DNA from: an uncultured Defluviicoccus sp.
GTDB lineage: Bacteria > Pseudomonadota > Alphaproteobacteria > Rhodospirillales > Defluviicoccaceae
Reading direction: 5' to 3'
Assembly (NCBI GenBank): GCA_964401555.1
Contig: CAYNYW010000007.1
Span: 64,201-128,200, forward strand
Length of the DNA: 64,000 bases
Part shown: positions 29,337-38,606 of the stretch, in pieces
Position numbering within the stretch: position 1 is the stretch's first letter
Layout: every line of letters starts with the position of its first letter
Made by a program: the position numbers and the translations under genes
The notes under the pieces: model-generated
What the model was told of the DNA's origin: nothing
Seen by the model: only the letters and a program-made list of their open reading frames with translations
Databases searched by the model: none

Positions 29337-29581
29337 CCGAACCACCCCCCGAAACAAATCCGGGCAACGAAGGTGCCATTCTAGCCGAGCGGCGGAGAGA
29401 CACGCAAGGCGGGGGGCAGGACGGCGGCCACGTCACGCAGACGTGAGCCATCGCCGTTTGCCATCGTCGCTTCCTGCCCTCAATCTTGTGGGCACCGCTG
29501 CTCTCGCCGGCAGTGCCGCCCGGCCCATCGCGCGACGCCGTGCGTTATCGCCGGTCACCACTCCCATGAGGCGCCCCTGGC

Positions 29582-30541
29582 ATGTTTGAAACCACCATCG
29601 ACGAACGGTCGGCGTTCCAGCCGCGCAAGTTCCAGGACCCCCTGGTCACCGCCGCGGGCGAGCCGCGGGCGCGGATCGCACTCAGGTCCCTGGTGACGCT
29701 GTGGTTCAATACCGGCAGCCTGTGCAACATCGCGTGCAAGGGCTGCTACATCGAATCCGCACCCGACAACGACCGGCTCGCCTATCTCGATGCGAGCGAC
29801 GTCCGGCGATACCTGGACGAGATCGCGGACCTCGGCTGGTCGGTCGAGGAGATCGGGTTCACCGGCGGCGAGCCATTCATGAACCGCGCGCTCCCGCAGA
29901 TGCTCGAAGATGTCCTTGCACGCGGCTATCGCGTTCTCGTTCTCACCAACGCCATGCGTCCGATGCAGCATCGAAGCGCGCAACTCCTGGCGCTCAAGGC
30001 ACGCTTTGGCGACGCGCTCGCCCTGCGCGTCTCCATCGACCACTATCGGTGTGATCGTCACGAGGCGGTACGTGGTCCACGTACGTGGTCGCCGATGCTG
30101 CAAGGACTGAAATGGCTTGCCGACAACGGCTTCCGGCTTTCCGTTGCCGCGCGCATGTTGTGGGACGAGGGCGAGGCGGGCTTGCGCAGAGGCTTCGCCG
30201 GTCTGTTCGCCGCAGAAGCCATCACGCTCGATGCCGCCGATCCCGCGGCGCTGGTCCTGTTTCCGGAGATGGACAGCGCGCGCGACGCACCGGAGATCAC
30301 CGAGCGCTGCTGGCAGATTCTGGGCGTTTCGCCCGATGCCATGATGTGCGCTTCATCGCGCATGATCATCAAGCGCAAGGGCGCCGCGGCACCGGTGGTC
30401 CTGCCTTGCACGCTCCTGCCCTATGATCCGCAGTTCGAGCTGGGCGCGCGGCTCGCCGATGCCCGCGGGCCGGTCGCGCTCAACCATCGCTATTGCGCCC
30501 AGTTCTGCGTCCTGGGTGGCGCCACCTGTTCCGGCCGCTAA
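29582..30541 (+). CDS. radical SAM protein of unknown function with Cys-rich C-terminus
   Basis: Shows CNIACKGCY (CX3CX2C), GFTGGEPF, and C-terminal Cys residues MMCASS, LPCTLLP and YCAQFCVLGGATCSG. Confidence 0.7.
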   Translation: MFETTIDERSAFQPRKFQDPLVTAAGEPRARIALRSLVTLWFNTGSLCNIACKGCYIESAPDNDRLAYLDASDVRRYLDEIADLGWSVEEIGFTGGEPFMNRALPQMLEDVLARGYRVLVLTNAMRPMQHRSAQLLALKARFGDALALRVSIDHYRCDRHEAVRGPRTWSPMLQGLKWLADNGFRLSVAARMLWDEGEAGLRRGFAGLFAAEAITLDAADPAALVLFPEMDSARDAPEITERCWQILGVSPDAMMCASSRMIIKRKGAAAPVVLPCTLLPYDPQFELGARLADARGPVALNHRYCAQFCVLGGATCSGR

Positions 30542-30800
30542 TCCAACGGTACGGCGGGACGATCCATCCGCTTGTGTCGAAAATGCCAACGATTCAACAT
30601 GTTGTGCAGGGATGCCATGTGTCGGGCATGAATCGCCCTTGCGGATCGTCGCACCGGCGCTTTCTCTGTACGCGGGCTGGACAAAGCGCTTCGCGAGCGC
30701 CATCAATAGCAACGATGCGTGAACGACGCTGACGATGAACGGTCGCCCGACCGAGACGGGGATCGGCCGTGACGTCGGCAAAGCGTGAGGGGATGCGCCT

Positions 30801-31223
30801 GTGAGCGACCCGGCTTGGATCCCAGGCAGTGTGTATAGCGCGACGACACGGGCGATCACGGTGTCGGTGCAGCCGTTTTTCCTGGAAGACGAGTCCGAGC
30901 CCGACGCCCGCCACTTCGTTTGGGCGTATCACGTGCGGATCGAAAACCAGGGTCAGGCTACCGTCCAGTTGCTGCGTCGTGCCTGGCAGATCACGGACGC
31001 CGATGGGCGCATGCAGGAGGTGCGCGGCGAGGGCGTCGTCGGCAAGCAGCCGGTCCTCGCGCCGGGAGAGTCCTTCGAGTACGCGAGCGGCGCACCGCTG
31101 ACGACACCTTCGGGCATCATGGTCGGCACCTACCAGATGGTGTCCGAAAGCGGTGAACGGTTCGATGTGGCGATTCCGGCATTTTCTCTGGACAGTCCGC
31201 ACATGCGTGCGCCGCTGCACTGA
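30801..31223 (+). CDS. apaG: ApaG protein
   Basis: Shows [28 protein letters not shown]...[15 protein letters not shown]...[21 protein letters not shown]. Confidence 0.85.
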   Translation: MSDPAWIPGSVYSATTRAITVSVQPFFLEDESEPDARHFVWAYHVRIENQGQATVQLLRRAWQITDADGRMQEVRGEGVVGKQPVLAPGESFEYASGAPLTTPSGIMVGTYQMVSESGERFDVAIPAFSLDSPHMRAPLH

Positions 31224-31518
31224 AGCAGCGTCGTATTCGAGCCACGTCGTCGGCAAGAAAAACTGCCAATTCCGCTTAAATTCTACCCCCGTACGTCCAG
31301 CGAATCCTCGCTACCACAAACAGGGGGTGTTGCGTGTGTTGACGACGACAAGCGCCGCGTCGATATAATATTGGCGTTTAGAACGGTTATCAGTCCCTCG
31401 TTCATCGTTGCGCACGGGCCGGCGTGCCGGCGCGCAACGTTAATCCGCAGGCGGAGCGTGTTGTTGTTCCGCCGCCCTCCCATCGGTCCAGACACAGAAA
31501 AACCGCCAGGAGACGGAC

Positions 31519-32763
31519 GTGTACGCAACCCCATCACTCGATAAGGCAAGCGGGGTGCAGGTGGCCTCGCGTGGCTGTCCTTGCTGCGCGTCGCGGCACG
31601 CTCAGATATTCTACGCGCTTTCTGACTTTCCGGTGCACACCGTGCAAGTCATTCGCGAGCGTGCCAGGGCGCTGGACTGCGTCAAGGGGGATATCCGGCT
31701 CGCCTTTTGTGAAGACTGCGGCTTCGTATGGAACGAAGCCTTCGATGCCAAGCTGCTCGACTATGCCGTCGACTATGAATCCACACAGAGTTGCTCGCCG
31801 ACATTCAATCGGTTCCACGTGCGACTCGCCCGCGACCTGATCGAACGCTATGACCTGCGCAACAAGGACATCATCGAGATCGGTTGCGGACAGGGCGAAT
31901 TCCTCAAGCTGATCTGCGAGATGGGGGACAATCGTGGCACCGGCTTCGATCCCGCCTACATCGGGAGCGCCGAGGCCGGGCCGATCCGGGTGATCAGCGA
32001 CTACTACTCGGAACAACACAGCGGCCATCAGGCTGATTTCGTGTGTTGCAAGATGACGCTGGAGCACATCTCAGAGAGCTACGGGTTTGTCGAGCAGGTG
32101 CACCGGGTCACGGAGCGGCGTCCGAATACGGTTGTTTTCTTTCAGATCCCCGATATCGATCGCATCCTGGATGAACGCGCGTTTTGGGATATTTATTACG
32201 AGCACTGCTCGTATTTCTCCGCAGGCTCGCTGGCGCGGCTGTTCCGCCGGGCGGGCTTCGTTGTTCGAGATGTCTGGCGGGACTATGGCGATCAATACCT
32301 GATGATCGAGGCGCACCCCGCGGGCGCCGCCCACGCGCCGCTTGCCATCGAAGAAGGGCTGCCCGATCAGAGCGCACGAATCGCGCGTTTCCGCGCCGCC
32401 GTCGCCCGGGATATCCAGGCATGGCAGGGCCTGATCCGCAACGCGCATCAAGGAGGCCTGCGTCCGGTGATCTGGGGCGGCGGCTCCAAGGGTGTCACCT
32501 TCTTGTTCACGCTCGGGATCACCGACGAGATCGCGTACGCCGTCGATATCAACCCCAAGAAGAGTGGTACCTATTTCGCCGCCTGCGGCCAACAGGTGGT
32601 GGCGCCCGCCTTCCTCAAGGACTATCGGCCCGGTCTCGTCATCGCGATGAACCCAATCTACCGCGCCGAGATCGCCGAGATGCTGGCGGACCTCGGCGTG
32701 CCGGCGCGCATCGTCACCGTCGACGCCATGGCGCGCGGCGAGATCGGCGAGATTGCGGCCTGA
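31519..32763 (+). CDS. class I SAM-dependent methyltransferase of the NDP-sugar C-methyltransferase type (N-terminal Zn-ribbon plus C-terminal C-methyltransferase domain)
   Basis: Shows CPCCAS...CEDCGF Cys pairs, SAM motif IIEIGCGQGEFL, and a C-terminal GGGSKGVTFL Rossmann-like region. Start uncertain. Confidence 0.65.
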   Translation: MYATPSLDKASGVQVASRGCPCCASRHAQIFYALSDFPVHTVQVIRERARALDCVKGDIRLAFCEDCGFVWNEAFDAKLLDYAVDYESTQSCSPTFNRFHVRLARDLIERYDLRNKDIIEIGCGQGEFLKLICEMGDNRGTGFDPAYIGSAEAGPIRVISDYYSEQHSGHQADFVCCKMTLEHISESYGFVEQVHRVTERRPNTVVFFQIPDIDRILDERAFWDIYYEHCSYFSAGSLARLFRRAGFVVRDVWRDYGDQYLMIEAHPAGAAHAPLAIEEGLPDQSARIARFRAAVARDIQAWQGLIRNAHQGGLRPVIWGGGSKGVTFLFTLGITDEIAYAVDINPKKSGTYFAACGQQVVAPAFLKDYRPGLVIAMNPIYRAEIAEMLADLGVPARIVTVDAMARGEIGEIAA

Positions 32764-32847
32764 GGCGATCCTCGTTTCGCTCGACGCAAGAAGCGAGCGA
32801 ACCCGTAATGAATGGGACGGCAGAAGAGGAGGAGGAGGAAGAGCAGG

Positions 32848-33618
32848 ATGAAGGTTGGCATACTTGCCGGCGGTCATGGCAGCCGGCTGGCCGAGGAGAC
32901 ACAAATCAGACCAAAGCCGATGGTAGAGATCGGCGGGCGGCCGATGCTATGGCATATCATGAAGTATTATGCCCATTTCGGCTTCAACGAATTTGTGATT
33001 GCACTGGGTTACAAGGGCGAGGTGATCAAGGAATATTTTGAGAATTACGCCCGCAATTCCACCAACGTTATCATCGATTTCAGCACCGGTCAGGTCACAC
33101 ACGAACTCTCCCGCGAACTCGACTGGCGGGTCGAGCTGATCGAAACCGGTCAGACCACTTTGACCGGCGGACGCATCAAGCGCCTTGCCCCGTATCTGAC
33201 CGGCGGCACCTTCATGCTCACCTGGGGCGACGGTGTTTCCGATGTCGATCTGCACCGCCTGCTTGCCTTCCACCGCGCCCACGGCAGGCTAGCGACGCTG
33301 ACGGCGGTGCGCCCACCGGCGCGCTACGGGCACCTGCAGTTCCAAGGTGACGCCGTACGCGAATTCACCGAGAAACCACAAACCTCCGAGGGCTGGATCA
33401 ATGGCGCCTTTTTCGTTCTGGAACCGGGGGTGTTCAATTACATCTCGGGCGATCAGACCATGTGGGAACGCGAGCCCCTGGAGGCCCTCGCCCGGGACAA
33501 TCAATTGATGGCATACAAGCATGATTCGTTTTGGCAGTGCATGGACACGCTGCGCGAGAAACGGATTCTCGAGGATCTGTGGAACGACGGCAGTGCTCCA
33601 TGGAAGGTTTGGGCCTGA
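32848..33618 (+). CDS. rfbF: glucose-1-phosphate cytidylyltransferase
   Basis: Shows MKVGILAGGHGSRLAEET..KPMVEIGGRPMLWHIMK.Y...G...F.IALGYKG.VIKEYF, INGAFFVLEP and FWQCMDTLREK. A purine-rich GAGGAGGAGGAGGAAGAG tract lies upstream. Confidence 0.85.
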   Translation: MKVGILAGGHGSRLAEETQIRPKPMVEIGGRPMLWHIMKYYAHFGFNEFVIALGYKGEVIKEYFENYARNSTNVIIDFSTGQVTHELSRELDWRVELIETGQTTLTGGRIKRLAPYLTGGTFMLTWGDGVSDVDLHRLLAFHRAHGRLATLTAVRPPARYGHLQFQGDAVREFTEKPQTSEGWINGAFFVLEPGVFNYISGDQTMWEREPLEALARDNQLMAYKHDSFWQCMDTLREKRILEDLWNDGSAPWKVWA

Positions 33619-33814
33619 AACACCGGCCGACAGCCACATAAAGGTCCGCCGGGGCTTGGTCGGAGCCTTTTCACTCGGATAAACTAGGCCCGATTGGGGT
33701 AAGTAAATCGCTAACGCACAAAGCTTCCCCATCGCGCTACATATAGAAGGTGTTTTTGGAAAGGATTTGCAGTATAAGTTGTAGACGGGTCTCGATTGAA
33801 GGGGGATTATTCCC

Positions 33815-34786
33815 ATGCAGGATGCGCCACGCGTCAGTATCGGGCTGCCGGTGTACAATGGTGAGCGATATATCGGCCGGGCGATTGAATCGGTGCTGGC
33901 GCAGACATACCCGCATTGGCAACTTATCATCTGCGACAACGCGTCTTCTGACAAGACGGGAGCAATTTGCCGCCGATTTGCGCAGGAAAATACGCAGATT
34001 CGATACTATCGAAACGAGCGGAATCTTGGGGCCGGTCCCAACTATAATCGCGTATTCGCCCTGTCAGGCGAAACGGATTATTTCAAGTGGCTGGCCCATG
34101 ATGACGAGATGGCGCCAACATTTCTGGAGCACTGCGTCTCCGCTCTTGATCAGGCCCCCGATGCCGCCCTGTGCCAGACGCTGATCGCCGATATCGATGA
34201 AACCGGCACGCGGATCTCAACTTACGATAGTGGATTGATCGCCTGTCGGACTCAAGCGAGGCCAGCGCTGCGCTTCGAAGAAGCAATTCTCACCAGCCAC
34301 CGCAATGTTGAAATTTTTGGTCTCGTCCGTCGCGCGGCAATGGTCGGCTCGGTCCTGCACGGCGATTACTATCTCTCGGATCGGGCATTTGTCGCCGAGA
34401 TGAGTCTGCGTGGCCGGTTCTTGCACTTAGCAGAGCCGCTCTTGCGCTATCGCTCGCATGCTGCGCAATACACCCGGGCATTGCGGCTGTTTGATACGCT
34501 CGACTGGCTGAATACCACGCCAAATCGCTGGAATCGCGCGGCCTACCTCGTTCTCTACGTCAATTACATCCGCATGATCCGGCGCAACCTCGCACAACCC
34601 GGTGAGCAATTGCGCGCGCTGAGGGCGTTGCTTCGCTGGTGGTTCTGCCTGAAAAACGCGCAGATCACGCTTGCGGGCTGCGTCGCCGCCGCCAGTCCCT
34701 GGAGCTACCGTCAGCTTCGCTCGGCTGCCGACTGGTGTTTCGCCCACTTCGCGGGCGAACCGCCGCGCCAGAAGGGCTATCTGTAA
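33815..34786 (+). CDS. family-2 glycosyltransferase
   Basis: Shows VSIGLPVYNGERYIGRAIESVLAQTYPHWQLIICDNASSDKT and WLAHDDE (DxD-like). Confidence 0.8.
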   Translation: MQDAPRVSIGLPVYNGERYIGRAIESVLAQTYPHWQLIICDNASSDKTGAICRRFAQENTQIRYYRNERNLGAGPNYNRVFALSGETDYFKWLAHDDEMAPTFLEHCVSALDQAPDAALCQTLIADIDETGTRISTYDSGLIACRTQARPALRFEEAILTSHRNVEIFGLVRRAAMVGSVLHGDYYLSDRAFVAEMSLRGRFLHLAEPLLRYRSHAAQYTRALRLFDTLDWLNTTPNRWNRAAYLVLYVNYIRMIRRNLAQPGEQLRALRALLRWWFCLKNAQITLAGCVAAASPWSYRQLRSAADWCFAHFAGEPPRQKGYL

Positions 34787-34853
34787 GCCGGACGCGCGCC
34801 CGGCCCAGGTTCCCGGTGCACCCGGGGCTATCGCCAGCAGGGAGCGGATACCG

Positions 34854-35813
34854 TCAGCGCGTCTTCGCCTGCGGAACCAGCATGGCTCGGTCGATGCCGG
34901 CCAGTGCCGCTGCCAGATCGCTCAGGTGTGCCGCGAGCCGGGTGAAGCCACCATGCGGCTCGACGCGCCGCTCGTCGAGATAGAGGCCGCGATTGACCTC
35001 GATCTGAATGGCATGGCGGCCTTCGCCCGGACGGCCCTGCGCGCGGGTGATGTGGCCCCCGGCATAGGGAATGTTGCGCCGCACGGTGTAGCCCTTATCC
35101 GTCAGAAACGCCTCGACGGCCGCGGTGATGGCCGGCGCGCACGCGCTGCCGAAACAGTCGCCAAGCACGAAATCGGCGCGGCGCAGGCCGGCATCGGCCT
35201 CGAACGCCGCGGCAACCGAAGGCATCGAGTGGCAATCGACGAGAAGATAGCCACCGAACATCCTGTAGGCCCGACGAAGCAATCCCTGCAGCGCGGCGTG
35301 AAACGGGAAATAATAGTCGCGCAACCGCCGCGTCACTTCGGCAAAATCCAACGGGATCTCATAAATTTCCTCGCCGGTGGCGACGATGCGCGGAATCGTT
35401 CCGAGCCCGGCCGCCACCCGCGGTGAGCCGGTGTTGACGTAATCGGGCAGCGGTTCACAGAACATTTCCGGGTCGAGTTCGTAGGCTTCTCGGTTGGCGT
35501 CGACGAAGACGCGCGGGCAGCGTGCCGTCAACAACGGCGCTCCGAAGCGTGGCGCCGCGGCAAACAGATGGTCGACAAAGGCATCTTCCGACTGTCGCAG
35601 CGTCAACAACCCCAGCCGCGCCCGGGCAAGGAAACACGACGCATACTCCCGCCCGCTGTGCGGCGAGGTAAAGACCACGGGCACAAGCGCACGTTCGGCC
35701 TCGACGAGCGTGAAAGCCGTCGGCGCCTCGGCGGGTGCGGGCGCCTCGTCTCCGGAATTGTGGAGTTGTCTGTGTGTTTCCTCGAAGTCCAGCGTAGGAA
35801 TGTCCCTTGTCAC
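34854..35813 (-). CDS. N-formylglutamate amidohydrolase family protein
   Basis: Shows VVFTSPHSGREY, FVDANRE, LLVDCHSMPS and IQIEVNRGLY. Confidence 0.75.
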   Translation of the reverse strand: MTRDIPTLDFEETHRQLHNSGDEAPAPAEAPTAFTLVEAERALVPVVFTSPHSGREYASCFLARARLGLLTLRQSEDAFVDHLFAAAPRFGAPLLTARCPRVFVDANREAYELDPEMFCEPLPDYVNTGSPRVAAGLGTIPRIVATGEEIYEIPLDFAEVTRRLRDYYFPFHAALQGLLRRAYRMFGGYLLVDCHSMPSVAAAFEADAGLRRADFVLGDCFGSACAPAITAAVEAFLTDKGYTVRRNIPYAGGHITRAQGRPGEGRHAIQIEVNRGLYLDERRVEPHGGFTRLAAHLSDLAAALAGIDRAMLVPQAKTR

Positions 35814-35939
35814 TTCGTTTTACTGGCGAGGGTGATGCCAGCCCCAGGGCTTACTTGCTATCAGAATGGAGGCTCGCCGCTGGGATCGCAAGGGCGGAAT
35901 TGCCAACGGCAGCGCATCTGTTATGATCGCCTGCGACCC

Positions 35940-36014
35940 GGGCGCGTAGCTCAGCGGGAGAGCACTACGTTGACATCGTAGGGGTCGCTGGTTCAATCCC
36001 AGCCGCGCCCACCA
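35940..36014 (+). tRNA. tRNA-Val (anticodon GAC)
   Basis: Hand-folded: acceptor GGGCGCG/CGCGCCC, D-arm GCTC/GAGC, anticodon stem CTACG/CGTAG with loop TTGACAT, T-loop TTCAATC, and CCA encoded. Confidence 0.9.
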
Positions 36015-36083
36015 TCGGCGCCCGTCGCAGACGACAGAAGGGGGCGCCACCCCGCCCGCCCGCGAGGGAGGAACACAGCGACT

Positions 36084-37115
36084 GTGCCGGCTTGGCTCGC
36101 GCACGGTGGCGCGGTGGATGTCGCCGCCGCGCACTATGGGATTTCCCCCGCGCAGTGGCTGGATCTGTCCACCGGCGTCAGTCCCTATCCCTACCCGGTT
36201 GCGGAGATCGACGCCACGGCGTGGCGGCGCCTGCCTACGGCCGCCAGCGCCGCCGCCCTCGAAACGGCCGCGGCCGCCTATTACGGCTGCCCACCGCAAA
36301 CCGCGGTCGTCGCGGTGCCGGGCAGCCAGTCGGCCATTCAATGGCTCCCACGACTGATTACCCCCGGCCACGTGGCAGTGCTGGCTCCGACCTACACGCC
36401 ACACGGCGACGCCTGGCTCGCCGCCGGGCACATCGTTGCGCGCATTTCGTCGCTCGACGCCCTGCCCGCGCCATGTGACGCGGTGGTCATCGTCAACCCC
36501 AACAACCCCGACGGCCGCATTGTCCCCGTCGAGACGCTCCTGGCTTTGAGCGAGCACCTGCTGGTCGTCGTCGACGAGGCGTTTGCCGACGTTGCTCCCG
36601 CCGCCAGCCTCGCCGGTCATCCCCCCTCGGCCGCCCGCGTCGTCCTGCGCTCCTTCGGCAAGTTCTTCGGCCTCGCCGGGGCCCGGCTCGGTTTCGTGCT
36701 GGCGGAGCCGTCGCTCGCCGCACGCCTGCGTGCCGCCTTGGGCCCTTGGGCGGTCAGCGGCCCGGCCCAGGTGGTCGGCACCCGTGCGCTCGCCGATCGG
36801 CCGTGGATCGAGACGAGCCGCGCGGCGCTCTCAAGTGGTTGTGCGCGGCTGCGCGCCCTGCTCGCCGGCCATGGCCTCGACATTCTTGGTGGCACCGATC
36901 TGTTCGTTCTGGCGACCACACGCGCGGCATCCGTCTTGTTCGACCATCTCGCTCGCCACGCCATCTTGGTGCGCGCGTTTGCCGACCAGCCGACATGGTT
37001 GCGCTTCGGACTGCCCGGCGGCGGGACGGATTTCGCCCGCCTCGAAACCGCGCTCGACACGTGGGGTGAACGGGCGGGCGAGGTCAGACGCATACGCGGA
37101 CGCGGGCAGGACTGA
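36084..37115 (+). CDS. cobD: threonine-phosphate decarboxylase (cobalamin biosynthesis aminotransferase class I/II)
   Basis: Shows HGGAVDVAAAHYGISPAQWLDLSTGVSPYPYP, NPNNPDG and RSFGKFFGLAGARLGF (PLP lysine context). Confidence 0.75.
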   Translation: MPAWLAHGGAVDVAAAHYGISPAQWLDLSTGVSPYPYPVAEIDATAWRRLPTAASAAALETAAAAYYGCPPQTAVVAVPGSQSAIQWLPRLITPGHVAVLAPTYTPHGDAWLAAGHIVARISSLDALPAPCDAVVIVNPNNPDGRIVPVETLLALSEHLLVVVDEAFADVAPAASLAGHPPSAARVVLRSFGKFFGLAGARLGFVLAEPSLAARLRAALGPWAVSGPAQVVGTRALADRPWIETSRAALSSGCARLRALLAGHGLDILGGTDLFVLATTRAASVLFDHLARHAILVRAFADQPTWLRFGLPGGGTDFARLETALDTWGERAGEVRRIRGRGQD

Positions 37116-37795
37116 TGGCGGCCGAATTAGAGCTGGCCTTGCGGGCATTTGCCTTGTTCTTTGCCACCGTCGGTCCCCTGGACGTCGCGGCCCTGTTCGC
37201 CGCACTGACCGCCGGCGCGCCGGACTCCCTGCGCCGCAGGACGGCGGCACGCGGCACGCTGATTGCTGCTGCCGTGCTGTTCGTCTTCGCCCTGTTCGGC
37301 GGCCGGTTTCTTGGACTGCTCGGCATCGGGGTTCCGGCGCTGCAAACGGCGGGCGGCGTGCTCTTGCTGTTGATCGCCATCGAGATGGTGTTTGCAAGAC
37401 CGTCGACCATCTCGCAGCCGACGGCCGCGGAAGCGGCGGAGGCCGGCGTCAGGGCCGATCTTTCGGTCTTTCCCTTGGCGATGCCGCTGATCGCGGGCCC
37501 CGGCGCCCTCGGCGCCGCCGTGCTCTTGATGGCCGAGGCTGGCGACCGGCTTGCATCAAGGCTCGCGGTCATTGTGGCGCTTGCCGCGGTGATGACCCTC
37601 ACACTCGGCGTCCTCCTGATCGCGAGCCGGCTGCAGCGCTGGCTAGGCCTGACCGGACAGAACGTGATCGCCAGGCTGTCGGGAATCCTGCTGGCCGCGC
37701 TCGCCGTGCAATTCATGTTCGATGGAATCGCCGCCAGCGGTATCCTTGGCACGCACGCGCCGACGCAACCGACGCACGGCGAGGGTACGCGGTAA
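37115..37795 (+). CDS. MarC-family (UPF0056) integral membrane protein
   Basis: 226-aa polytopic ORF with PLAMPLIAGPGA. Its ATG overlaps the cobD stop. Confidence 0.75.
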   Translation: MAAELELALRAFALFFATVGPLDVAALFAALTAGAPDSLRRRTAARGTLIAAAVLFVFALFGGRFLGLLGIGVPALQTAGGVLLLLIAIEMVFARPSTISQPTAAEAAEAGVRADLSVFPLAMPLIAGPGALGAAVLLMAEAGDRLASRLAVIVALAAVMTLTLGVLLIASRLQRWLGLTGQNVIARLSGILLAALAVQFMFDGIAASGILGTHAPTQPTHGEGTR

Positions 37796-37938
37796 GCGCC
37801 CGGCTTTGGCCCGTCGTGCGATCCCCGGCCGAGAATGCCTGGATTCGTGACGCCATGACCACTACGCTTGGGCCGGTGCTTGGCACGATCCCCTGGCCGC
37901 CGGTGCGCGAGGTGGCGGCTCTTTCCCTTGTGAGGACG

Positions 37939-38604
37939 ATGACTATTAGTGATGATACGCTGATCCGCGAGATCGACGAGGACTTGCGCCGGGAGCGCTG
38001 GGCCAAGCTGTGGAAGCGCTACGGTGCGGTCGTTATCGGCGGGGCCGCGGCGATCGTCCTTGTCGTTGCCGGATATCAAGGTTGGCACGGCTACCGACAG
38101 ACGAAGCGCGAGGCGGTCGGCCAGCGCTTCGCCGCCGCCGAAGTCGAGGCCGCGCGCGACCCGAAGGCGGTCGACGCCTTTGCCGCCATCGCCGCCGATG
38201 GAACGCCCGGCTACGCGCTGCTTGCCCGCCTGCAGGAGGCCAGGGGCCGCGCTGCTGCCGGTGATGGCGCCGCGGCGGCGCATCTTTACGGCGAGATCAC
38301 GGCCAGCGAGCAGGACGCAATCTACCGGGATTTGAGCGTTCTGATGGGCGTCGCGGCCATCTTGTCGCATTCGGGTGAGGTGATTGCCGACACCCAGGCG
38401 CTGCGCGCCCGGCTCGAACCGCTCGCCGCGGCCGACAATCCCTGGCGGTTCTCGGCTCAGGAGTTGATGGCGATGCTGGCGCTCGATGCCGGCGACACCG
38501 TGGGCGCCAAGGGAATCCTGGAGCAGTTGCGCAAGGATGCCGCCGCACCCGCGGACCTGCGCACAAGGGCCGATCAGCTCTTCGAACAATTGGATAAAGG
38601 CTGA
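37939..38604 (+). CDS. YfgM-like membrane-anchored TPR-like protein
   Basis: Only the last third of ORF 36583..38604 is protein-like: MTISDDTLIREIDEDLRRERWAKLWKRYG, followed by a TM helix. Position is upstream of bamB-der. Confidence 0.65.
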   Translation: MTISDDTLIREIDEDLRRERWAKLWKRYGAVVIGGAAAIVLVVAGYQGWHGYRQTKREAVGQRFAAAEVEAARDPKAVDAFAAIAADGTPGYALLARLQEARGRAAAGDGAAAAHLYGEITASEQDAIYRDLSVLMGVAAILSHSGEVIADTQALRARLEPLAAADNPWRFSAQELMAMLALDAGDTVGAKGILEQLRKDAAAPADLRTRADQLFEQLDKG

Positions 38605-38606
38605 CC

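Noticed and set aside
29105-36014. A tRNA-bounded genomic island (tRNA-Gln/tRNA-Gly ... tRNA-Val) containing the radical SAM gene, apaG, the sugar genes and the FGase gene.
   Set aside because: There is no integrase and no direct repeat of a tRNA 3' end that I could find. apaG and the FGase-family gene look like core genes. Only 31.5-34.8 kb appears compositionally atypical.
36583-37938. N-terminal two-thirds of the 673-aa ORF 36583..38604. The same applies to the first 431 codons of ORF 47306..49759.
   Set aside because: These portions overlap cobD/marC (or the cyclase gene) in another frame or strand and are low-complexity. Only the C-terminal parts (from 37939 and 48599) look like real proteins.
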